DNA of 64,000 bases, taken from IMG/VR virus record IMGVR_UViG_2930745263_000001. The stretch is one strand, 5' to 3'. Below, piece by piece: positions 26,593 through 33,855 of this stretch. The stretch is from an uncultured virus (IMG/VR IMGVR_UViG_2930745263_000001) (Duplodnaviria > Heunggongvirae > Uroviricota > Caudoviricetes). Each line of letters starts with the position of its first letter. Position 1 is the first letter of the stretch. The translations under genes were made by a program, and so were the position numbers. Below the pieces are notes generated by a model. That model saw only the letters and a program-made list of their open reading frames with translations. It was not told where the DNA came from and did no database searches.

Positions 26593-27495
26593 CTACTCGG
26601 CGGCGGTGTCCGTGGGGTCGATGCCGTACTTCTCCATGACGTACGCCAGCCCGATCTGAATCGGGCGCAGTTCCGGCGACTTGGACCGGGCCGCGACCTT
26701 CACCTGGTCGAACAGGTCGTTGTTCGGGCGGACCTTCAAGATGGCCATCTCGGCATTCTTGGGCCACTCCGGAACAGCCGGGGTGAACTCGCCAGCCAGG
26801 TACTTCTGGAAGCCCTCGTTCATGTCCTGATGAACGGGGTGGCCAAGCTCGGCAGCCCTGTCCCGGATCTTGTCTCGGAGAGCGCGGGGCATCGTCGGGT
26901 TGCGATCCGAACCGGAAGGCAGCGGCTCCGTGTAACCCGGGGCGTACGGGCCGACCTTGAAGTAGTGCATCAGGTAGTCGCCGGCCACGTGCATGGGAAG
27001 CACTCCGGAGTCGCGGACCTGGGCCAGGAGGGCAGCGTTCGGGGTGACATTCAGGTTCACCTTCTGCTCACCCGTAGGCCGGCGCTCCTGACCACGGACC
27101 TTCTCGCGATCCCGGGTCTTGAACTCGCCGGCAAGGAACTTCTTGTAGCCCTCATTTACGACAGACGTCAGAGTGACGACCTGGTCTGCCGCAGCAGCCA
27201 CGACGGCGTCCCGGTACTGCCGGGCGATGCGGATGGTGAGGTTAGGCTCGGAGCTTTCCTTGTCGGTGGCGCGGAGTTCCTTCCAACCTCCGGGGAGAAG
27301 GACCTTCCTGACGTACTCCGCGAGGTCGGGGGCGGGCTCTCCTCCGGCGCGGAGGCGGGTGGCGGCGGCCTGGAGCTGGGTGCGCAGGTCGGGGCTGGTC
27401 GGCACGGGGCGGGGTCCTCTCGGGGGGCGACGCCCGCTGGACCGGTTGTGCGGCGGGCGCGTCGGGGGGGTGTTTGCCACGCCAGTTTCCTCCAT
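26593..27495 (-). CDS. Protein with tandem ribbon-helix-helix-like repeats (putative repressor)
   Basis: Internal duplication NEGYKKFLAGEF / NEGFQKYLAGEF with RHH-like beta-strand starts; divergent from the WYL gene. Confidence 0.65.
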   Translation of the reverse strand: MEETGVANTPPTRPPHNRSSGRRPPRGPRPVPTSPDLRTQLQAAATRLRAGGEPAPDLAEYVRKVLLPGGWKELRATDKESSEPNLTIRIARQYRDAVVAAAADQVVTLTSVVNEGYKKFLAGEFKTRDREKVRGQERRPTGEQKVNLNVTPNAALLAQVRDSGVLPMHVAGDYLMHYFKVGPYAPGYTEPLPSGSDRNPTMPRALRDKIRDRAAELGHPVHQDMNEGFQKYLAGEFTPAVPEWPKNAEMAILKVRPNNDLFDQVKVAARSKSPELRPIQIGLAYVMEKYGIDPTDTAAE

Positions 27496-27637
27496 TCATC
27501 TTGCAGGCGCCATACGGATTGAGGGTGCCTGGTATCGAGTCCGTCCCGATGAAGACCATGATACCGTCAAACATATTGCCAACACAAGAGGAAGCATGGC
27601 ATGGTGTTCCCAACGCCAAGACAACGCGGGGGACACC

Positions 27638-28036
27638 ATGAAGAACACGGCAGCGCAGACGACGACCAAGACCCTCGCCGACCTCTACCGCAGCATCGAC
27701 CGCGCTCAGGCCGTGACGATCTCGTATCTCGACGAGGATGGCGCCGAGTCGGTCAGGACGATCGAGCCGTACGACATCCGCACCACCAAGTCCGGGCGCA
27801 TCCAGGTCCGCGCAATGTGCCGGCTCCGGGGCGAGGCCCGCTCCTTCTTCCTCCACCGGATCACCGCGTACACCTGCCACAGGATCGCGTTCGTCCTCGA
27901 CCGGCCGGAGGCAACAACTCCTGCCGGGGCCGTCATCGTGGTGCGTAGTGCCGCACAGGTCGTCGCCCGCGAACTCGGCCGCGACTACCTCCCCCGCACC
28001 GCCGTCACCCGCGACACAACCGCCCTCGTCGCCTAA
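27638..28036 (+). CDS. Stand-alone WYL-domain protein
   Basis: VTISYLDEDGAESVRTIEPY...RAMCRLRGEARSFFLHRI. Confidence 0.85.
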   Translation: MKNTAAQTTTKTLADLYRSIDRAQAVTISYLDEDGAESVRTIEPYDIRTTKSGRIQVRAMCRLRGEARSFFLHRITAYTCHRIAFVLDRPEATTPAGAVIVVRSAAQVVARELGRDYLPRTAVTRDTTALVA

Positions 28037-28049
28037 GACAGGAGCACCC

Positions 28050-28310
28050 ATGACTCCGAAGACCAACCTTGCCGATGCGCTCGACGCCCTTGGTGACCTC
28101 ATGGGGGCCCCTACCGGCTCCCTCAATCACTTCGGGCTCGCCCGCCTGATGAGCCAGGTGATCGACGGGCCCGGAGCCAGCCCGCGCAAGGCCACCACAA
28201 ATCCCGAACTGCAGTGGGAGATGGTCCAGGTCGTCGCCCCGATGGGCTTCATCAGCCAGGTGCCCACGCTTCATCAGGTACGAGAATCAGCACGAGCGCA
28301 CCGCGCATGA
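28050..28310 (+). CDS. Hypothetical protein
   Basis: AGGAG RBS directly after the WYL gene. Confidence 0.55.
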   Translation: MTPKTNLADALDALGDLMGAPTGSLNHFGLARLMSQVIDGPGASPRKATTNPELQWEMVQVVAPMGFISQVPTLHQVRESARAHRA

Positions 28311-28440
28311 CCCCGGGAACGCCGAAGGCCACCGCCCCGAACCGGGTGGTGGCCTGAGTTCTGCGGGCGTACCCGTCAGATAACGGTGATTGTACAAACC
28401 GTTGATCCCATCCGCCACCACAACCCCGACACTGGGACCC

Positions 28441-28644
28441 ATGGCCACCGACCGGCACCAACCCCAACTCGACCTCGACGACACCACCACCGGGTACCGG
28501 CACCGGTACTGCCGGCGCTGCGGACGACCGCTCAAGGCCCAGGAGTCACGCTTGCGGGGGTACGGCGAGCACTGCGACCCCACCCGGCAACCCGCGGCAG
28601 CACCCGCCCGCGACATCGACCAGGACCAGCTTCCCGGCATGTGA
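28441..28644 (+). CDS. DUF6011-like Zn-finger protein
   Basis: CRRCGRPL...SRLRGYGEHC. Confidence 0.7.
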   Translation: MATDRHQPQLDLDDTTTGYRHRYCRRCGRPLKAQESRLRGYGEHCDPTRQPAAAPARDIDQDQLPGM

Positions 28645-28780
28645 GAACCCTCCCGGCCAACGTCTTCCAGCGGCTAAGATCCGAGACGCATCGACCCACC
28701 TTTCCAGAGGAACCGACCGCGGATAGAGGCCAGAAGGCCCCGAGAACGCGCGGGGCACTCTAGGAAAGGAGGACGAATGG

Positions 28781-28897
28781 TTGAAGAACCAGGAAGCCGA
28801 CAAGCAGAAGGAGAGCTTCGTACGCCGTGTTGTCGCTAACGTGACCGCACGCGCGCTGTGGGAGGCCCTCAAGGCCCTCTACGAGCACCTCTTCTGA
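28781..28897 (+). CDS. 38-aa amphipathic peptide (not in the ORF track)
   Basis: AGGAGG RBS, TTG start, followed by a hairpin. Confidence 0.4.
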   Translation: MKNQEADKQKESFVRRVVANVTARALWEALKALYEHLF

Positions 28898-28948
28898 TGT
28901 GATGTGACAGAGCCCCGGAAGCCACAGCAAACCGGGGACCTCTGTCGG

Positions 28949-30028
28949 TCAGGCAGGCGGCTCCAGCAGCGGCACAACGTCCACGGACCGGCGGATCTGC
29001 TCCATCGTCGTCGGCAACGGCTCCCACCCGTACTCCCCGGCCATCACCCAGTTCAACGCTGTGACCCCCCGCGCATACCCCTGCCGCAATCCCTGGGCGC
29101 GCAGCGGCAACCCGGCGGGCCCGGCCTTCGACGGCACCAGCGACACCCACAATGCCGTTTTCTGTCCCGTCAACGGCACCTGGTCCACCAGCTGCTGCCG
29201 AACCTCCAGCCAGCGGCGCACCGCCACCCGGGACCCCTCCCGCAGCTCGAACCACTCCACCTCCGGCACCGGCGGCAACGCGTTCGACGCCTCCAGCACC
29301 CGGGCCTCCGTCGCCTCCGACCGGTCATGCCCCCGCCCGGCCAGAATCATCGACACCGTCGAAGGGTGCAGCCCCGTCATCGCCGCGACCTCCGCCGCCC
29401 GGTACTCGTCCCGGCGCTGCGACCGGCGGCGCACCCCCACCGCCACCTCACCCGGCGCCACATCCGCCATGGTCTGCGCGGCCATCTCCCCCGACCGCGG
29501 AGCCGCATCCAACAGGACGGCGACCATCGCCAGCACCCGGGCCCGGTCCTCCACCGACAACGCCGTCCCGTCCCGCACCAACGGACCCTGGGCGGCCAGG
29601 TCCACCATCCCCCGGTACAGGGAGTCCAGGGCCCGCCCGCCGACCGTCGGCTTCAGCACCGGGATGTCGAGCTCCGGCAACCGCACCCGCTTCCCTGGCG
29701 GCAGCACCCGGGCGGCCAGCATCTCCAAGCAGTTCCGTACCACCCGCAGCGTCGTCACCGGCAATGGCTTCCCCAGGTCCTTCTCCCAGTGCCGCAGCTC
29801 GCCGGCCGCCGCCAGCTCCCAGAACGGGCGGAGCGCCGCCCACGTGAACAGCTGCTCCGCGGTGCGGGAGGACCGCTTCGGCATCTCGTCCCGGCCGACC
29901 GCCCGCCCGAACATGTCGACGACCATCCGCAGCTGCCGCATCCGGCCCTCCGACACCGTGCCCGCCATGCTGTCGACCACTGCGGACATCTGCCGAACGG
30001 ACGGGGCCGTGTACTGCTTCGGGGTCAC
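28949..30028 (-). CDS. Degenerate tyrosine-recombinase-like protein (partner)
   Basis: RARVLAMVAVLLDAAPRSGEM box I and AVRRWL...ALWVSL; ends at MEQIRRS without HxxR or the catalytic Tyr. GTGA-coupled to the recombinase. Confidence 0.65.
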   Translation of the reverse strand: MTPKQYTAPSVRQMSAVVDSMAGTVSEGRMRQLRMVVDMFGRAVGRDEMPKRSSRTAEQLFTWAALRPFWELAAAGELRHWEKDLGKPLPVTTLRVVRNCLEMLAARVLPPGKRVRLPELDIPVLKPTVGGRALDSLYRGMVDLAAQGPLVRDGTALSVEDRARVLAMVAVLLDAAPRSGEMAAQTMADVAPGEVAVGVRRRSQRRDEYRAAEVAAMTGLHPSTVSMILAGRGHDRSEATEARVLEASNALPPVPEVEWFELREGSRVAVRRWLEVRQQLVDQVPLTGQKTALWVSLVPSKAGPAGLPLRAQGLRQGYARGVTALNWVMAGEYGWEPLPTTMEQIRRSVDVVPLLEPPA

Positions 30029-31173
30029 GTGGGCTCCTCGCGCCGGGCTGCTGCCTTCTTCGCGATCTGGGACAGCGGGCTGCGGTCCCCGGTGCTGTCC
30101 TCCTCGTCGATGTACCCGATCAGCGCCTTCGACCGGTCGTCCCACCCGCCGTGCCGGCCGATATCGACGATGTCCGCCCCCGCGGCCCGCGCGCTCTTGA
30201 CCAGGCCCCGGCGCAGCGAGTGCGACGTCCACTTCCCGGGAAGACCGGTGCGGTGGATGGACCGGCTGACGATGTCGGAGGCCCCGTTGATGCTGATCCG
30301 CCCGTCCGGGGCCCCGATCGGTTTGCCCTTGCGGTTCATCTCGGCACCCATGTATCCCCACTGGTCGATCCGCACGAACAGCGGCCCCGTGGTGTGCCCC
30401 TCGTGCGCGAGAGCTTCCACCAGGTCCCGTACAGCGGTGACGGTACACAGGTCCTGGTCCTGCTCGGGGCGCACTTCGACGTCCTGCCACTTCTTCCGCT
30501 TCTTCCGGTACACCCGAACGATGAACCCGCCGTCGGGCAGGTCGGTGAAGCTGCCCGGCCAGTTCAGCGGGGCGAGTTCGCTGCCACGGGAGGCGATGGC
30601 GTGCCCGAGGAGCATGAGGGCAGCGTCGCGTTTCCCGACGAGGGTGTTCCGGTCCAGGTGGGAGAGAGCTTCGGCGAGGACAGCCCGGTCGGCGGCCGAC
30701 GCCTTCTTCGGCGTTGCCGCCGGGTCTTGGGCCTCGGACAGCTCCCGCCGGTACCCGGAGACGACCTTCCGGGCCCCCATGGTGTCCGGCGGCTTGTACC
30801 CGGCTGCCCGGTGTGAGGAGCGGATCGACGCGATGATGCGGTCCATGGTCGCCGGACCGTACGGCCGCCCGGTCCGCTCCCGGGGGGTGCGCTTCAGGTA
30901 CGACAGGTACGCGGTGACGGTCTGCGGAGCAGCGGGCAGGACCCGGCGGCCCACCTGCTCGCACCACGCGGCGAACTGCTTCATATCGCCCTCGTACGCC
31001 CGGCTGGTGTCCTTCGGGATGCCCGCCCGAACGTCCGCCTCGGCCTCCGGCGGCAGCCACGCGTCAGGGTCCTCATCCGCCAGCAGAACAGCAGGAGTTC
31101 GGTCCTCAGGGATGGCGGGGAGACGGCCCTCCTCGACCAGCTCCGCCTCCACCACGTCGCTCTGCTTGCTCAC
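30025..31173 (-). CDS. Cre/MrpA-like tyrosine recombinase
   Basis: TSRAYEGD...FAAWC N-domain; RDAALMLLG...SRGSEL; HSLRRG; GGW...GY. Trp in the second His position, as in Cre. Confidence 0.92.
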   Translation of the reverse strand: MSKQSDVVEAELVEEGRLPAIPEDRTPAVLLADEDPDAWLPPEAEADVRAGIPKDTSRAYEGDMKQFAAWCEQVGRRVLPAAPQTVTAYLSYLKRTPRERTGRPYGPATMDRIIASIRSSHRAAGYKPPDTMGARKVVSGYRRELSEAQDPAATPKKASAADRAVLAEALSHLDRNTLVGKRDAALMLLGHAIASRGSELAPLNWPGSFTDLPDGGFIVRVYRKKRKKWQDVEVRPEQDQDLCTVTAVRDLVEALAHEGHTTGPLFVRIDQWGYMGAEMNRKGKPIGAPDGRISINGASDIVSRSIHRTGLPGKWTSHSLRRGLVKSARAAGADIVDIGRHGGWDDRSKALIGYIDEEDSTGDRSPLSQIAKKAAARREEPT

Positions 31174-31442
31174 TGACGATCCTCAGGGTCACGCAACCAC
31201 AGAACGCTGTCGGACGCCTCTTCGATGAAGTGCAGATCCATGGAGTCGGCAAGGCTCTGGATCTTCGCAGCCAGGGCCCGCAGTGTCCGCGGTTCGTGTC
31301 CTTGCTCGTCGTTGTTCGCCATGTTGAGCAGCGCTCCTCCGATTCCGCGCACCAGGTTGACCGTCTCATCCGCTGGCACGAAGAGCCGACCATCCTTCGT
31401 GACGGTTGTGCTGAAGCCATCGATCTCGTAGCCCTGGCTCAT
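31170..31442 (-). CDS. Small hypothetical protein, first gene of the recombinase operon
   Basis: GGAG RBS; GTGA-coupled. Confidence 0.6.
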   Translation of the reverse strand: MSQGYEIDGFSTTVTKDGRLFVPADETVNLVRGIGGALLNMANNDEQGHEPRTLRALAAKIQSLADSMDLHFIEEASDSVLWLRDPEDRQ

Positions 31443-31539
31443 GGACCGCTCCCCTGCTCGTTCGTGTCACTACACAGAAGGAACATTATCGCTAGTGATC
31501 GGCGTCACTGCCCCCGCCTGGCGTCGGCCAGAGGGCGGC

Positions 31540-31561
31540 TTCCGTAAGTGGAGTTATGGAA
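31540..31561. promoter_or_regulatory. Candidate tyrosine-recombinase crossover site
   Basis: TTCCGTAA-GTGGAG-TTATGGAA: 8-bp arms with one mismatch, TAA-N6-TTA, upstream of the recombinase operon. Confidence 0.55.
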
Positions 31562-31638
31562 CGCGGGCAACCGTTCGATTCTGCTCTGTGCGCGATCCTA
31601 AGCAAACTCGGCTCTGTGGGCACGGCGATACTGGCCCG

Positions 31639-31860
31639 ATGAGCGACGCTGAGAAACGCAAGCCGAACGTCACCTACAACGCACCCGTGGGCTCCGTCGA
31701 CATGGTCGCGTTCCAGGAGGACGGTACGTCGCACGAGATCCGGCCGTGCCCCGACTGCCTGCCCTGGTACGCGGAGTTGGCACAGGTGGAGGGAGAACTC
31801 CTCGTGAGGGAGTGGCACGCCTACGATTGCCCACTGTTCCAGGACCTGATCAAAGACTGA
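31639..31860 (+). CDS. Small Zn-binding protein
   Basis: CPDC...EWH...C. Confidence 0.5.
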   Translation: MSDAEKRKPNVTYNAPVGSVDMVAFQEDGTSHEIRPCPDCLPWYAELAQVEGELLVREWHAYDCPLFQDLIKD

Positions 31861-31987
31861 CGCCGCCAGGCTCGCTTCTCTCGGGCCCGCTGTGCCTTCT
31901 TCGGCCAGCTGCGCGACGGGCAGTCCTCCCCGGCCGGGCTTCGGCAGTACGGGCACCACGGGCGGGACCAGGCGCCCAGCATGCGCG

Positions 31988-32317
31988 TCACGGGTACAGC
32001 AGTCGGGACAGCGGCATGGGTCGGGCGCCGGGTTCGTGCGGCCGGGCCGGCGGCAGCATGTCAAGGACGGCATCCCACTGGTTCCCGTAGTACCGGACCT
32101 TGGCCACCCGACAGGCGCAGCCGCGGGTGTACCCGGGTGGGGTGATGGTGACCTCGTCGCCCTGGCGGATCGTGGTGTCGCCCGCGCGGATGTGACCGGC
32201 CACGTGGAACCGCACGCCGTCGGGTGTCCGGTCGAAGCTGGTGATGCTGTAGTCGACGCCGCGCTGCCGTTGGCCGGGCCCGTAGTCGTGCGTGGCGGTC
32301 TCCGGGATGGTGCTCAT
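31988..32317 (-). CDS. Hypothetical protein
   Basis: Beta-rich 109-aa ORF. Confidence 0.5.
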   Translation of the reverse strand: MSTIPETATHDYGPGQRQRGVDYSITSFDRTPDGVRFHVAGHIRAGDTTIRQGDEVTITPPGYTRGCACRVAKVRYYGNQWDAVLDMLPPARPHEPGARPMPLSRLLYP

Positions 32318-32384
32318 GAGTCAAGGGTGCGCCTGGTGCCGGGAGTTGTTGCCCCTGGTTCGGCGAGCGTCCGGACCTAATGTC

Positions 32385-32412
32385 TTGACTTGCAGTCCGG
32401 ACTGCGTAGTCT
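32385..32412 (+). promoter_or_regulatory. Leaderless promoter TTGACT-N16-TAGTCT with a palindromic operator in the spacer
   Basis: GCAGTCCGGACTGC (32392-32405); ATG 7 nt after the -10 box. Confidence 0.6.
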
Positions 32413-32419
32413 TGACGTT

Positions 32420-32743
32420 ATGAGTACAGACAAGCCCCGCCTGATCCCTACCGGCCATTGTTGGTGTGGGTGTGGGCGCGAGACCGGCCTTGGGAAGTTC
32501 TTCGCGCAGGGCCACGACAAGACCGCCGAATCCGCGCTCATCGCCCTCAAGTACGAAGGCAGCGTCCCCCACTTCCTCCACGCCCACGGCTACGGCCCCC
32601 AGCACTCCGTCACCGGAGACGCCATCGCCAAGACCGACTGGGTGGAGTGCACCGAGTGCGCCACCCGACCCGGCTACCGAGGCGCGCCGGCCAGCATGAC
32701 CAAGCACAAGCGCAAGTACCACCCACCCACCACCGAGCAGTGA
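32420..32743 (+). CDS. Small Zn-binding protein (CxCGCG...GHD)
   Basis: CWCGCG...FFAQGHD; CTEC...H...H. Confidence 0.7.
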   Translation: MSTDKPRLIPTGHCWCGCGRETGLGKFFAQGHDKTAESALIALKYEGSVPHFLHAHGYGPQHSVTGDAIAKTDWVECTECATRPGYRGAPASMTKHKRKYHPPTTEQ

Positions 32744-32750
32744 GGGCTGC

Positions 32751-33068
32751 GTGACCGTACGAACCGAGCAGGCCTCCGAGTTCCGTACCGTGGTCTACAA
32801 ACTCCCCGACAGCGCCCCGGAGGTGCCGCTCCCCTATGGTGGCGGCCACCTCATCCCCAGCCACATCCGGATCGAGCTCAGCCGGCACACCACCGGCATC
32901 TGCACCGGGAAGGCCCGGGTCTTCGGGAAGTGGCGTAATCCCGGAGGGGACCTCACCTCGGACCTTGAAGACGCCGAGTTCCGCCTCGACGGCCACTGGA
33001 TCCCGGACTGGGTCGCCGAGCTGATTCACGCTGCTTGCCCCATCGGCTGGCAGCTCAGCCGGTCATGA
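32751..33068 (+). CDS. Hypothetical protein
   Basis: GAGG RBS; follows the previous gene. Confidence 0.5.
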   Translation: MTVRTEQASEFRTVVYKLPDSAPEVPLPYGGGHLIPSHIRIELSRHTTGICTGKARVFGKWRNPGGDLTSDLEDAEFRLDGHWIPDWVAELIHAACPIGWQLSRS

Positions 33069-33378
33069 CGCAGCATCGACCATCTGCGACACGCCAACAC
33101 CTTGCCGCCAGACCTGTGATGTGCGCCACCGCGATAGCGGCACATAGGCGACGTCAAGGGCACTCGGAGGATCTGAAGGGATCTCAAGGGCGCCCGGCCG
33201 AGCAGTCCGAACGAGCAGGCTTGCGGCTGAGGGTCCGGGATTGTCGAGCCCAACACGTAGACTCAGCAGAACGCAAAGAGAGCCCGTATTCCAACCTGGG
33301 TTTGCGGCCATTCGGTCGGAGGGGGCTCTCTGCGCGGTGCCCAACCCATCGAGATGACAGAAGTGAGGCTCCGGTGTC

Positions 33379-33585
33379 ATGAAGACTAACCCGGATGACG
33401 GGGGCAAGTACAGCGTTGCCCTGAACAGCGTGTTCAGCCGCACCATCCGCCACCTGCGGGTTTCCCTGAAGAAGGCTGAACGCGGACCCCTCGACCTGGG
33501 GTACGAAGCCCTCCGCGGGGCGGCCTACAAAGCAGGAGGAGCCCTGGTCAGCGCAGTGATCCTGTGGGTAGCCACCCGACGTTGA
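33379..33585 (+). CDS. Small protein with hydrophobic C-terminus
   Basis: GAGG RBS; followed by a strong hairpin. Confidence 0.45.
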   Translation: MKTNPDDGGKYSVALNSVFSRTIRHLRVSLKKAERGPLDLGYEALRGAAYKAGGALVSAVILWVATRR

Positions 33586-33601
33586 CCGCGTAAGCACAGC
33601 G

Positions 33602-33636
33602 CTCCGGCCCGTCGCAGAGTCTGCGACGGGCCGGAG
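33602..33636. terminator. Strong hairpin (possibly a bidirectional terminator)
   Basis: CTCCGGCCCGTCGCAGA-G-TCTGCGACGGGCCGGAG, between convergent genes. Confidence 0.75.
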
Positions 33637-33783
33637 TCATTCCCGCCGTGTGGCCCACGGCAAAGTCATCTTCCTGCTCGACGAGCCGGCGCGCCCGCCT
33701 CGCTGGTCTGAGCGGCTAGCGCTTTTCGTCCGAACCAGCCCGAGGGGTCCAGCGAGGCGAACCGCGCAGAGCAGCACGGCTGA

Positions 33784-33821
33784 GCAAGATCACGTTATTA
33801 CTGTCGCAAAAGTATAGGACA
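33784..33821 (-). repeat. 38-bp inverted repeat, right copy
   Basis: Exact reverse complement of 22346-22383. Confidence 0.95.
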
Positions 33822-33855
33822 ACGCCCCAGGCCCGGACACCCAGACCGCCCACCA

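Noticed and set aside
30025..31173. Classical prophage integrase with att site
   Set aside because: It has Cre-like architecture without an arm-binding domain, sits mid-element, and has no adjacent tRNA or host junction.
33809..33819. AAAGTATAGGA identical to part of the yeast FRT site
   Set aside because: Only 11 bp match and the other FRT arm is absent; likely coincidence and not evidence of an engineered scar.
22346..33821. Tn3-family transposon (38-bp IRs)
   Set aside because: The IRs lack GGGG ends, no TnpA is present, there is no 5-bp duplication, and the cargo is core phage early genes.
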